From the NCBI GenBank assembly GCA_043750125.1, contig JAYVCD010000356.1:1-24170 (forward strand): a DNA stretch of 24,170 bases. The letters run 5' to 3'. This DNA is from Archangiaceae bacterium. GTDB taxonomy: Bacteria; Myxococcota; Myxococcia; Myxococcales; Myxococcaceae. The notes beneath the pieces were generated by a model. The model worked only from the letters and a program-made list of their open reading frames with translations. It was not told where the DNA came from and searched no databases. Positions 1 to 8,439 of this stretch are shown piece by piece. The position numbers were made by a program, and so were the translations under genes. The number at the start of each line of letters is the position of its first letter. Positions within the stretch are counted from its first letter, which is position 1.

Positions 1-1968
1 TTCGCCTACTTCAACGACTTCGCGCCTGGGTCCGACCTGCGGCCGGCGGTGGTCCCAGTCGGAGGCTCGGCCAGCTACGTCCTCGACGCCGGAGATCCAG
101 ACGGGGATCCGATCTGGGTCACCTGGACCGGTGGGGGCTACGCGTGGGACGGAGGCGACCCGCGCACCATCACCGTCCTTGGGCCCGCCCCGAACAACAC
201 CTGTGGCTTGCTGCCGGTGGCGCCTTCACTGGTAGGAATGCTTTCAGACGGCCTGGCTGCCCACGACCGGCAAATCGTCATTCCGGTGACGGTCACGGGC
301 ACTGGGAGGCCCTCGCCGATGCTGAGCGCCAGTCCTGCGGCACTCGCGTTTACGGCCGGGGACAGGACCCAGGCGGTGACGGCGAGCTTCCCGGCTGACA
401 GCGGCTGCGCCCCGCCGACCCTGACCTGGGCGATGGTTCCAGACGCAGGCTTCCTGGGCCTTGGCACGAGCGGGGCCAGCCTCTCTCTGAGCCCCCCGAT
501 CGTGTTCTGTCGCAGCTCGGCGCAGACGTTCACGCTCATCGGCACCGATGCGGCGGATGCTTCGGTGGTCGTCCCGGTGACGCTCGCCCCCTGGGGCCGC
601 CCGAACACTCCGGTCTTTGTTTCGTCGCTGGTCTCGCAGCGCGCCGGTACCGATGCAGGCTATGCGCCGAGCCTGGCGCCGGCCCACGCGTGTGAAGCGA
701 CTGCGGGTTTCCCCGGAACTGACCTCGATTGGACCTTCGATGGCGGCGTGCCGGGAGTGAGCCTCGCGCCCAGCGTCAATCGGCTCTTCGTCTACTCGAC
801 CAACGCGTGCGTCGGAGGAACGGTGACCGCGTACGCGACGCGCAAAGTCAGCAACGTCAGTCCCGATCAGTCCTCGATCGGGTCAGGGGTGCTGCAGATT
901 CAGCTGCTGCCCGATTGGAGCCCGATCACTGCTTTCGACGCCGGCTTTTCCTACGACCCCGCGCTGAGCCGGCTCGTCGGCGGCTTCAGCACCGGGGCCA
1001 ACTGCGAAGCCGATCGCGATCTTCGTGCCCGGGTGCGGGTGATGACCCGCGACGGGGGTCCGCTCAATGCGAAAGGCGGGTTCGCCGTGCCAGGGCCGTG
1101 GGCGGTCGATGTCCCCGGCGGCTGTGGAGGAGGCAGCTTCCTCGCGACCGCGACGCTCATCGACGACGCCGGAATGGCTTACGGGCCACCGGCTTCCTTC
1201 GAGTTTCAGGCCGAACGCATCGAGGCCCGGGTCCCCGAGCTGAACCTCACGTCGGTGCCGGTCACTTGCGAGAACGGTGCGCGCGGCCTGCTGCAGTTGG
1301 ACCTGTTGCCCACCGATTGTGCGGTCGAGCAGTTCAGCTGGACGCAAAATCAGGGGCCCGCGGTGACGTTGTTCTCCGATGCGGGGGTGGGTGTCTCGTT
1401 CGCCACCGCTCCAAAAGATCTTCAGGCCCAGGCGGGACAGCAGCTGGGCTGGTCGATCACCGCCACGGTAGGGGTCGGCAATTCGCAGGTGGCCTCACGC
1501 AGCATTCGGCTGGTGCCCGAAGCCTTCGTTCAGATCGCCCATCGCACCGACGTTCCGGTGGCGCGCGAGGAAGAAGCCGTCGGAATCGAAGTGATCCTCA
1601 CCAACCGCACGGACTGTGCGGTCAGCGGGCTGGTGCTGCGCGAAACCCTGGGAGGACTCGTGCCTGTCCCCGGCAGCCTTCGCGTCGCCGGCGCGACGGT
1701 CGAAGCGACGATTGTCGGAGACGTTCTCGACGTGCCCGGCCTGTCGCTGCCGGCGAACCAATCGACCCACATCACCTACCTGGCCCGGGTGCGGCTGCTG
1801 TCGGCGGCCCGCCCGAGCGGACAGGTCTGGCTCAAGGGCACCGACGTGACGTTGCCCGATGTGCGGGTCGTCGCGACGACTGGCTGCGGCTGCGATTCGA
1901 CCGGAAGTGCCCTGGGGCTGTGGGCGCTGGCAGCCGCCCTCGTGCGTTCGAGGCGGCGATCGGGATAA
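1..1968 (+). CDS. Large cell-surface protein, 5'-truncated by the window; Ig/PKD-like beta-rich modules, DUF11-like domain and MYXO-CTERM-type C-terminal sorting signal
   Basis: Frame is open from base 1 (FAYFNDFAPG...) to TAA at 1968. Contains SWTQNQGPAVTL (PKD/REJ-like) and VGIEVILTNRTDCAVSGLVLRETLGGLVPVPGS...ITYLARV (DUF11-like). Ends GCGCDSTGS-ALGLWALAAALV-RSRRR (Cys motif, TM helix, Arg cluster). Confidence 0.8.
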   Translation, partial: FAYFNDFAPGSDLRPAVVPVGGSASYVLDAGDPDGDPIWVTWTGGGYAWDGGDPRTITVLGPAPNNTCGLLPVAPSLVGMLSDGLAAHDRQIVIPVTVTGTGRPSPMLSASPAALAFTAGDRTQAVTASFPADSGCAPPTLTWAMVPDAGFLGLGTSGASLSLSPPIVFCRSSAQTFTLIGTDAADASVVVPVTLAPWGRPNTPVFVSSLVSQRAGTDAGYAPSLAPAHACEATAGFPGTDLDWTFDGGVPGVSLAPSVNRLFVYSTNACVGGTVTAYATRKVSNVSPDQSSIGSGVLQIQLLPDWSPITAFDAGFSYDPALSRLVGGFSTGANCEADRDLRARVRVMTRDGGPLNAKGGFAVPGPWAVDVPGGCGGGSFLATATLIDDAGMAYGPPASFEFQAERIEARVPELNLTSVPVTCENGARGLLQLDLLPTDCAVEQFSWTQNQGPAVTLFSDAGVGVSFATAPKDLQAQAGQQLGWSITATVGVGNSQVASRSIRLVPEAFVQIAHRTDVPVAREEEAVGIEVILTNRTDCAVSGLVLRETLGGLVPVPGSLRVAGATVEATIVGDVLDVPGLSLPANQSTHITYLARVRLLSAARPSGQVWLKGTDVTLPDVRVVATTGCGCDSTGSALGLWALAAALVRSRRRSG

Positions 1969-2016
1969 GTTCCCGCGGTTTTCCGTCCTCGCAGTCCCCG
2001 CGCGCCATCCCCCTCC

Positions 2017-4947
2017 ATGATCAATCGCAGAAACCTGCTTGTCCTAGGTGCGTTCGTTGCCGGCTGTGGCGGGGTCCGCGTCTCGAGCTTCGATGGCGGT
2101 CGCGATGGCGGCGCGCTCGGCGAATGCCACTCTGATCTCGATTGCCCGTTGGGCCGGCAATGCCTGGATCACAGTTGTGCCGCGCCGAACATCCCGGACG
2201 CGGGCCCTCACATCTGCATGCGGGACGAAGACTGCGGCAACGGACAGCTGTGTTTGAAGAGCACCGGCGACTGCATCCAGGTCAAGCCCGTCGATGGCGG
2301 GGTGTTCGATGCAGGGGCAGCTCCCGCGTGCACTGCGCAGCTCGTCCTTTCCTGTGGAGTGAGCAAGCTGGGCGAGTGCCTGCTCGGCACCACGACCTGT
2401 GTCGAAGGCGCTACGGGCTGGGCTTTCGGATCGTGCATGGGCGCCATCAATCCCCGGCCTGAGATCTGCGATGGGAAGGACAACAACTGCAACGGCATCG
2501 CCGATGACGGCCTGGCGGATCTCACCTGCGGCGTCGGGGCCTGTGAGCGAACCGTGCCCGCCTGCGCGGGTGGGGTCGACAACGTCTGTGTCCCGGGGGA
2601 TGCCCGAATCGAGACGTGCGATGGGCTCGACAACGATTGCAACGGGATCATCGACGATGGCCTTGCTCCGTTGGCCTGCGGCGCCGGAGCCTGTGCGCGT
2701 TCGGTTCCCGCATGCCTGATGGGAATGCCGCGCACCTGCAGCCCGGGCACGTCTTCCGCCGAGGTTTGCAACAGCCTCGATGACGACTGCAATGGGGTGG
2801 TCGACGACGGGCTTCCGGTGCTCACCTGTGGCGTCGGCGCATGCGTTCGAACAATCAACTCGTGCGTCAACGGTCAGCCGCAGACCTGTACTCCGGGCCT
2901 GGCGACCGCAGAGCTCTGCAACGGGCTCGACGACGACTGCAACGGCACCATCGATGAAGGGTTGGGAGCGCTCAACTGCGGGGTGGGCGCCTGCGCGCGC
3001 AGCACCCCCGCGTGCCTGCTCGGCGCTGCGCAGGTGTGCACCCCCGGGATGCCCACCCTCGAGACTTGCAACGGCCTCGACGACAACTGCGATGGCTTGA
3101 TCGACAACGGGCTTCCGACCGCCAGCTGCGGAGTCGGCGCCTGCGCTCGCACGGTCTCCAGTTGCGCGAACGGGGTGCCGCAAAGCTGCACTCCGGGAAT
3201 TGCGACGGCGGAGATCTGCGATGGGCTCGACAACGACTGCAACGGTCAAGTCGACGAAGGCCTTTCCGTCGTCACCTGTGGCCTGGGCATCTGCCAGCGC
3301 ACGGTGACCGCGTGCCTCAGTGGAGTGCCCCAGGTCTGCAGCCCGGGCGTGGGGGCGATCGAGCTGTGCAACGGCGTCGACGACAACTGCAACGGGGTGA
3401 TCGACGAAGGCTGCAACTGCACCGATGGGCAGACCCGCTCTTGCTACGGCGGCCCGCCCTCGACCCAGAACGTGGGCAAGTGTCATGGCGGCTCACAGAC
3501 CTGCGTCGGCGGAAACTGGGCCGCATGCGGGGGCCAGGTCGTCCCTGCGACCGAGGTCTGCAACGGCTTCGACGATGACTGCAACGGGGCCACCGACGAA
3601 GGCTTCGGAACGGTCTCGTGCGGGGTCGGCGCCTGCGCGCGGTCCACCGCGGTGTGCGTGGGAGGCGTCGTGCAGAGCTGCGTACCCGGGCCGGCCGCCG
3701 CCGAGACTTGCAACGGCGTCGACGACAACTGCGACGGCACTGTCGATGAAGGGCTGGGAACGGTTTCGTGCGGCGTGGGCGTCTGCGCGCGCGTCGTCAC
3801 CGCGTGCGTCGCGGGCGTGGCTCAGACCTGCATTCCGGGCCCCAGCAGCGCCGAGGCCTGCGATGGGGTGGACAACAACTGCAACGGAACGGTCGATGAG
3901 GGGCTGGGGAATCTCTCGTGCGGTGTCGGCGCGTGCGCGCGGACAGTCGCGGCCTGCGCCGGGGGCGCGTCCCAGGCGTGCGTGCCCGGTGCGCCCACGG
4001 CCGAGGTCTGCGATGGGGTGGACAACAACTGCAACGGCAGCACCGATGAAGGATTGGGCAACCGCTCGTGCGGCGTCGGAGTCTGTGCGCGCTCGGTCGT
4101 CGCCTGCGTCGGGGGCGTCTCTCAGACCTGCACTCCCGGACCCACCGCGGTCGAGAGCTGCAACGGGCTCGACGACGATTGCAACGGGACGATCGACAAC
4201 GCCACCTGCCCGCCGGTCACTTCGTGCCCGGTGGACAAGACGGTCAATCCGAATACGACGGTGACGCTCAACACCACGGCGACGTCCCCAGTCGGTCGCC
4301 CGCTGACGTGCGCGTGGACGGTGGTCAGTCGGCCTTCGACCAGCAACGGAATGTTTACCGCGCCGGGCAACTGCGCCAGCTCGGGGTACTTCGCCGACGT
4401 GGTGGGAAATCACGTGCTGCGCTTCACGGCCAGCGATTCGTTCGGTCAGACGAGCAGCTGCGATGTGACGATCACCGTCAAGCCACTGGGAGATCTGTGG
4501 GTCGAGCTGACGTGGAAGCAGAACAACGACATGGATCTCCACCTGCTGCACCCGATGGGGGGAATGGCGAACAACCCGGCGTCGTGGCACACGCCGCCGT
4601 TCGACTGCGACTGGAACAACCGCACCCCGAGCTGGGATTCGCCGGGGATCGCCGATGACCCGTCGCTCGATCGCGACGACATCACCGCGAAGGGTCCGGA
4701 AAACATCCGGATCAACGTCCCGTCGACCAACCACCTCTACACGATCGGTGTGCACATGTTCTCGTGGGCCGGTTCGCCGACACCCGTCGACACCACGCTG
4801 AAGATCTTCTGCGGAGGCGTGCTCAAGCAGACGCTCACCCGCAGCTTCAGCAAGGTCAGCCAGATGTGGATCGTCGGGACGGTGGCCTTCCCCGGACCCG
4901 GCGGCTGCGTCTTCAACGCGACCGGGACGACGATTCTGGTGCCCTGA
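2017..4947 (+). CDS. Cys-rich repeat lipoprotein (MopE-related putative metal-binding repeats) with C-terminal PKD-like and YfaP/DUF2135-like domains
   Basis: Lipoprotein signal MINRRNLLVLGAFVAG-C; two CxxDxDC small Cys modules; 12 ExCxGxDxxCxGxxD-type motifs; C-terminal GDLWVELTW..DMDLHLLHP..LDRDDITAKGPENIRI. Confidence 0.85.
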   Translation: MINRRNLLVLGAFVAGCGGVRVSSFDGGRDGGALGECHSDLDCPLGRQCLDHSCAAPNIPDAGPHICMRDEDCGNGQLCLKSTGDCIQVKPVDGGVFDAGAAPACTAQLVLSCGVSKLGECLLGTTTCVEGATGWAFGSCMGAINPRPEICDGKDNNCNGIADDGLADLTCGVGACERTVPACAGGVDNVCVPGDARIETCDGLDNDCNGIIDDGLAPLACGAGACARSVPACLMGMPRTCSPGTSSAEVCNSLDDDCNGVVDDGLPVLTCGVGACVRTINSCVNGQPQTCTPGLATAELCNGLDDDCNGTIDEGLGALNCGVGACARSTPACLLGAAQVCTPGMPTLETCNGLDDNCDGLIDNGLPTASCGVGACARTVSSCANGVPQSCTPGIATAEICDGLDNDCNGQVDEGLSVVTCGLGICQRTVTACLSGVPQVCSPGVGAIELCNGVDDNCNGVIDEGCNCTDGQTRSCYGGPPSTQNVGKCHGGSQTCVGGNWAACGGQVVPATEVCNGFDDDCNGATDEGFGTVSCGVGACARSTAVCVGGVVQSCVPGPAAAETCNGVDDNCDGTVDEGLGTVSCGVGVCARVVTACVAGVAQTCIPGPSSAEACDGVDNNCNGTVDEGLGNLSCGVGACARTVAACAGGASQACVPGAPTAEVCDGVDNNCNGSTDEGLGNRSCGVGVCARSVVACVGGVSQTCTPGPTAVESCNGLDDDCNGTIDNATCPPVTSCPVDKTVNPNTTVTLNTTATSPVGRPLTCAWTVVSRPSTSNGMFTAPGNCASSGYFADVVGNHVLRFTASDSFGQTSSCDVTITVKPLGDLWVELTWKQNNDMDLHLLHPMGGMANNPASWHTPPFDCDWNNRTPSWDSPGIADDPSLDRDDITAKGPENIRINVPSTNHLYTIGVHMFSWAGSPTPVDTTLKIFCGGVLKQTLTRSFSKVSQMWIVGTVAFPGPGGCVFNATGTTILVP
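2461..4200 (+). repeat. Intragenic tandem repeat, 150-nt (50-aa) period, 12 units
   Basis: Units start with a GAG codon at 2461, 2611, 2761, 2911, 3061, 3211, 3361, 3553, 3703, 3853, 4003 and 4153. The unit at 3361 is a 64-aa variant and the last is partial. Confidence 0.95.
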
Positions 4948-4969
4948 TCGGCGGTTGTGCGCTGCGCTG

Positions 4970-4998
4970 TTGACGTTGAACCGGTAGCGATTTATGAG
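4970..4998 (+). promoter_or_regulatory. Sigma70-type promoter of tRNA-Glu
   Basis: TTGACG (4970-4975), 17-bp spacer, TATGAG (4993-4998), followed by GC-rich discriminator-like GCAGCCGC, about 20 nt upstream of the tRNA. Confidence 0.65.
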
Positions 4999-5017
4999 GC
5001 AGCCGCTTTTGCAGATC

Positions 5018-5090
5018 GGCCCCGTCGTCTAGTGGCCTAGGACGGTGCCCTCTCACGGCATAAACCCGGGTTCGAATCCCGGCGGGGTCA
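5018..5090 (+). tRNA. tRNA-Glu (anticodon CTC), CCA not encoded
   Basis: Acceptor stem GGCCCCG/CGGGGTC+A; D arm GTCTAGTGGCCTAGGAC; anticodon arm GTGCC-CTCTCAC-GGCAT; T arm CCGGG-TTCGAAT-CCCGG; 73 nt. Confidence 0.97.
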
Positions 5091-5109
5091 AAATTCCTCG
5101 TCCAGGCGG

Positions 5110-5142
5110 AAAAAGGCTCCCAGAAATGGGGGCCTTTTTTTT
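5110..5142. terminator. Bidirectional intrinsic terminator between the tRNA and the algJ-like gene
   Basis: AAAAA-GGCTCCCA-GAAA-TGGGGGCC-TTTTTTTT: 8-bp stem, GNRA loop, T8 on + and T5 on -. Confidence 0.9.
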
Positions 5143-5159
5143 GTTCGTCCTACCGGGAG

Positions 5160-6347
5160 TTACTGCGGAGGAGCGCTCGGCCGGGGGGCCTGGCCGGGCA
5201 GACCAAACGCCAATGAGCGTTCGACCATTTCCTGAATCACGACGTCGGGGTGCTCGGCGTCGATTACGTCCGGGGCGAAGTCATGCCGCCAGGCGAAGTA
5301 GCTGTGCGAAAAACTCTCGGCCAGCAAACGCTGCACCCGGAACGGACTCTCGTGAGGCTCGGGCGGCGCGTCCCTCTGCTCGGGCGGCAGGAAGAACGAG
5401 TCGTGAAACACCACCGCCCGCGGTAATCCCGGCGGGCCTCGATAGGTGGCGACCCTCGGGCCTCCTTTGCGAAAATTGTCGGGCGTCTCTTCCACTGCGC
5501 GAAAGGGCGAGCGCGCGTTCAGCTCGAAGCGCTCGTCCCGGACCACTCCCACCATGCCCAGCATCGCGCTGAGATCTCCGCTGAAGGGCGGAGCGGCCTT
5601 GAGCTCGAAGTCCGACGCCTGCCGCGTCGGCAGTTGCGGGAACCAGCGGGTCAGCTGCTGCGCCATTTCCTGATAGGCGAAGAACAGTCCCCGATCGGTC
5701 CAGTGGGTATCGGTCTTGTGGTACAGCTGACCGACGCCCTTATTGGCCCGCAAGATCGTTCGCACGTCCAGGATTTCGAACGTCGAATGGGCCTTCAGGT
5801 GATCGACCAGCTGGCTCATCCGATTGGTCGCGCCCGCCGGCAGCTCGTCCGGCATCATCTCTGGGTAGATGGACTCCTTGTTGGGGCCGACCATCAGCAG
5901 GTACTTGGCTCCCTTCGACGCCAGCCAGTCTCGCCGCGCCTCGAGCTCGGCCTGAATGAAGTTAAGCTCGCCGGGGCTGAAGGGGGCCTGGCCAAGGAAG
6001 ACGGGAATCGAGCTTTCTCCGGTGTAGAAAAGCCAACCTTCCTTCCCGACCACCACCCGGTCTGAGGACGAGACTCCGACCTTCAGCTTGAAGAGCGCGT
6101 GGCCGCGGATCAGCTGGCGCCGGAAGCCGAAGGCGTCATTCCAGAAGGCGTCGACTTTGGGCGGAAGGTCGCGAAGCTCCTGGCCCGTGGTCGGCCAGCC
6201 TGGTGCAGGCGCCGTGGCGCGGTTCTCTCCGAGCTCGGAGCCGGAATCGAGGGAGAAGACCCGCCCGCACAGCGGCAAGCAGAGGGCGACCAGGAAAGCT
6301 CCCACCCGCAATCCGCTTCCCACATTCTGCGCGCCGGGCAGGTTCAC
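5160..6347 (-). CDS. AlgJ/AlgX-family (SGNH-like) polysaccharide O-acetyltransferase
   Basis: Motifs GKEGWLFY, PNKESIYPE, KTDTHWTDRG (Asp-x-His) and VFHDSF (Ser); N-terminal TM helix. Start moved to GTG at 6347, 2 nt after the algI-like stop, because the ORF-track start at 6422 lies inside the upstream gene. Confidence 0.85.
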   Translation of the reverse strand: MNLPGAQNVGSGLRVGAFLVALCLPLCGRVFSLDSGSELGENRATAPAPGWPTTGQELRDLPPKVDAFWNDAFGFRRQLIRGHALFKLKVGVSSSDRVVVGKEGWLFYTGESSIPVFLGQAPFSPGELNFIQAELEARRDWLASKGAKYLLMVGPNKESIYPEMMPDELPAGATNRMSQLVDHLKAHSTFEILDVRTILRANKGVGQLYHKTDTHWTDRGLFFAYQEMAQQLTRWFPQLPTRQASDFELKAAPPFSGDLSAMLGMVGVVRDERFELNARSPFRAVEETPDNFRKGGPRVATYRGPPGLPRAVVFHDSFFLPPEQRDAPPEPHESPFRVQRLLAESFSHSYFAWRHDFAPDVIDAEHPDVVIQEMVERSLAFGLPGQAPRPSAPPQ

Positions 6348-6349
6348 TT

Positions 6350-7771
6350 TTAGAATCGAAAGTAGATGAAGGGGTTGTACGTGCCCGCCGAAAGCCGCAT
6401 CGCGCAGGCGAGAAAGATGCACGCCAGGGCGCCCGTTCCGCAGAGCGACAGCCCCAGTTGGGAGACCGGCGAGCGAAGGCGTTCTCGCAACTTGTCGAGC
6501 AACGGCAGCAGCGGCCAGCTGCCCAGCGCGCCCGCGACGAGGGCCATCACGGTCTCGGTGTCCAGGTAGCGGTGGGCGGAGGCTGCTGCCGCTCCCGCTC
6601 CGAACATCGCCTTGAGGAAAGCGAGCGCTTCAGGAAGGGTGTTGGCGCGGAAGAAGACCCAGGCAATCAGCACCGCCACCAGCACATAGAGGTGCCCGAG
6701 GCTGCGGACGGCGGGCGAAAGCGGGCGTGAGGGCAGCACCCGCTCGACCACCAGGAAGAAGCCGTGCAGCAGGCCCCAGATGACGAAATTCCAACTCGCG
6801 CCGTGCCAGAGACCGCACAGAAAGAACACCACCATCAGGTTCAGGTAGGTCCGCGCCGGGCTGCCCCGGTTCCCGCCCAGCGGCACGTAGAGGTAGTCGC
6901 GAAACCAGCGCGAGAGCGACTGGTGCCAGCGCCGCCAGAAATCGGTCATGGACCGCGCGGTGTAGGGGTAGTTGAAATTCTCGGGGAAATGAAAGCCGAA
7001 CAGCCGCGCCAGCCCGATGGCCATGTCCGAGTAGCCGGAGAAATCGAAGTAGATCTGCAGCGCGTAACAGGTGACTCCGAGCCAGGCGACGCGGGTGGTC
7101 AGCTCTGAAGGCCCGAGCTTGAAGATCGCGTCGGCGGTGATCGCCAGGGTGTTGGCGATCAGGATTTTCTTGCCCAGCCCGAGCGTGAAGCGGCGGACTC
7201 CGATGGCCAGGTCTTCCAGCAGCACGACTCGTGAGCGGAGCTGATTGGAGATCTCGTGGTACCGGACGATCGGGCCCGCGATCAGCTGCGGGAAAAACGA
7301 GATGTAGAGAGCGGTGAGGAAGATGTTTTTCTGGGCGGGCGCCTGTCGCCGGTAGACGTCGATCACGTAGGACAGCGCGTGAAACGTGAAAAAAGAAATC
7401 CCCAGCGGAAGGTCCACTGCCGGAACTGGGACCTGCGGCTGGTGGGCCCAGCCGAGGAGGGCGTTGAGGTTCGCAATCAAGAAACCTGCGTACTTGTAGT
7501 AGGCGAGCAGGCCCAGGTTCAGGGCCACCGCGGTCACAATCAGCGCCTTTCTTCCTGACACTGCGTCGGTCCGGTCCACCCAGAGGCCGAGCAGGTAATT
7601 GACCAGCACGGACGCGAGCATCACCGCGACGTACTTCGGCTCTCCCCACGCGTAGAAGAGCAGGCTGGCCAGCAGCAGCAGCGGATTGCGCAATTCAATC
7701 CGGACCAGGAAGTAGCCGGCCAGGACGAACGGCAGAAACAGGAACAAGAATACGGGAGAGCTGAAAACCAT
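6350..7771 (-). CDS. algI: MBOAT family O-acyltransferase, AlgI-like
   Basis: MVFSSPVFLFLFLP, LPLGISFFTF, FFPQLIAGPIVRY, YFDFSGYSDMAIG, FWRRWH, GLWHGASWNF and the terminal YNPFIYFRF are AlgI/DltB hallmarks. Confidence 0.93.
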   Translation of the reverse strand: MVFSSPVFLFLFLPFVLAGYFLVRIELRNPLLLLASLLFYAWGEPKYVAVMLASVLVNYLLGLWVDRTDAVSGRKALIVTAVALNLGLLAYYKYAGFLIANLNALLGWAHQPQVPVPAVDLPLGISFFTFHALSYVIDVYRRQAPAQKNIFLTALYISFFPQLIAGPIVRYHEISNQLRSRVVLLEDLAIGVRRFTLGLGKKILIANTLAITADAIFKLGPSELTTRVAWLGVTCYALQIYFDFSGYSDMAIGLARLFGFHFPENFNYPYTARSMTDFWRRWHQSLSRWFRDYLYVPLGGNRGSPARTYLNLMVVFFLCGLWHGASWNFVIWGLLHGFFLVVERVLPSRPLSPAVRSLGHLYVLVAVLIAWVFFRANTLPEALAFLKAMFGAGAAAASAHRYLDTETVMALVAGALGSWPLLPLLDKLRERLRSPVSQLGLSLCGTGALACIFLACAMRLSAGTYNPFIYFRF

Positions 7772-7878
7772 ACGGTGCGGGGGAAGCAGCCCGCGAATGA
7801 CGCACGGGCCGTCAGGCCTTAGTCAAATTCACGTGGGGGGGAAAGCGCGTTCGCGTTTCGGATTCCCAGTGCTCGGCG

Positions 7879-8110
7879 TCACTGCGCCGGGGCCAGAGCC
7901 GCGGTGAGAACTGCCCTCACTGGTGAGGGGTACCGTCGAGCGCGGGAGCGTCGGTGAATAAGTCGACCATGATCGTTGAAGACATGATCAGGACCGCCTG
8001 GGCCCACGTTCTGGGTGAATCTTCCACTGCAGCTTTCGGCGAATCGGAATGAAGGTGTCGTAGCTGATGCCGCGGGCCTTGCAGAACTGCAGCGTCGGAG
8101 CTCTGTGACG
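7879..8110 (-). pseudogene. Possible frameshifted gene remnant (3' end only)
   Basis: Protein-like segments alternate between three minus-strand frames (LQFCKARGISYDTFI / DSPKAAVED / FTQNVGPGGPDHVFNDHGRL / FTDAPALDGTPHQ / VRAVLTAALAPAQ*). No family recognised. Confidence 0.25.
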
Positions 8111-8178
8111 CTTTGAGCACTCTTTGAAATGTGAAGTCTCACCGGCCGAATTCCCGGCCCTTCCCGGACAAACCAACC

Positions 8179-8391
8179 ATGAACACTCAGCGATTCTTCC
8201 TTTGCCTCTTTACTGCCGTGACTCTTCTGATGGCGTGCGGTCCGGGAGGTGCTTCCTCTGCCACTCCCGTCAATTGCAAGCTTCAGGGTTATGCCTCGGC
8301 GCCCGGCGGGGCCGTGGTGGACACCTGCGTCACAGGGTCGAAACGAGCCCGGCCGCGACGAGCTGCATTCATCAGTGAGCTGCGCGCTTAA
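8179..8391 (+). CDS. Small putative lipoprotein, possibly truncated
   Basis: ATG at 8179 gives MNTQRFFLCLFTAVTLLMA-C (lipobox-like) followed by about 50 aa with two Cys. Confidence 0.4.
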   Translation: MNTQRFFLCLFTAVTLLMACGPGGASSATPVNCKLQGYASAPGGAVVDTCVTGSKRARPRRAAFISELRA

Positions 8392-8439
8392 AGCATCCGT
8401 CGCTGCAAGAGCAGGCGCGGGTGCTTTCCTTTTTGGCCT

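Noticed and set aside
2461-4200. Regularly spaced repeats as a possible CRISPR array
   Set aside because: Period is 150 nt, in frame and degenerate at third codon positions; no cas genes. It is a protein repeat.
2044-4755. Long antisense and alternate-frame ORFs over the repeat gene (and similar ones throughout the window)
   Set aside because: Shadow ORFs expected in high-GC coding DNA; low-complexity Arg/Ala/Pro-rich translations with no motifs.
2017-4947. Assigning the symbol cglD
   Set aside because: Shares the repeat type, but no VWA/MIDAS domain is visible; orthology is unsupported.
5425-5436. 12-nt match (AATCCCGGCGGG) to the tRNA 3' end as a possible att site
   Set aside because: Lies inside an intact coding sequence, is short and GC-rich, and no integrase is present in the window.
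5045-5572. 175-aa ORF starting inside the tRNA
   Set aside because: Overlaps the tRNA, the terminator and the antisense of the algJ-like gene.
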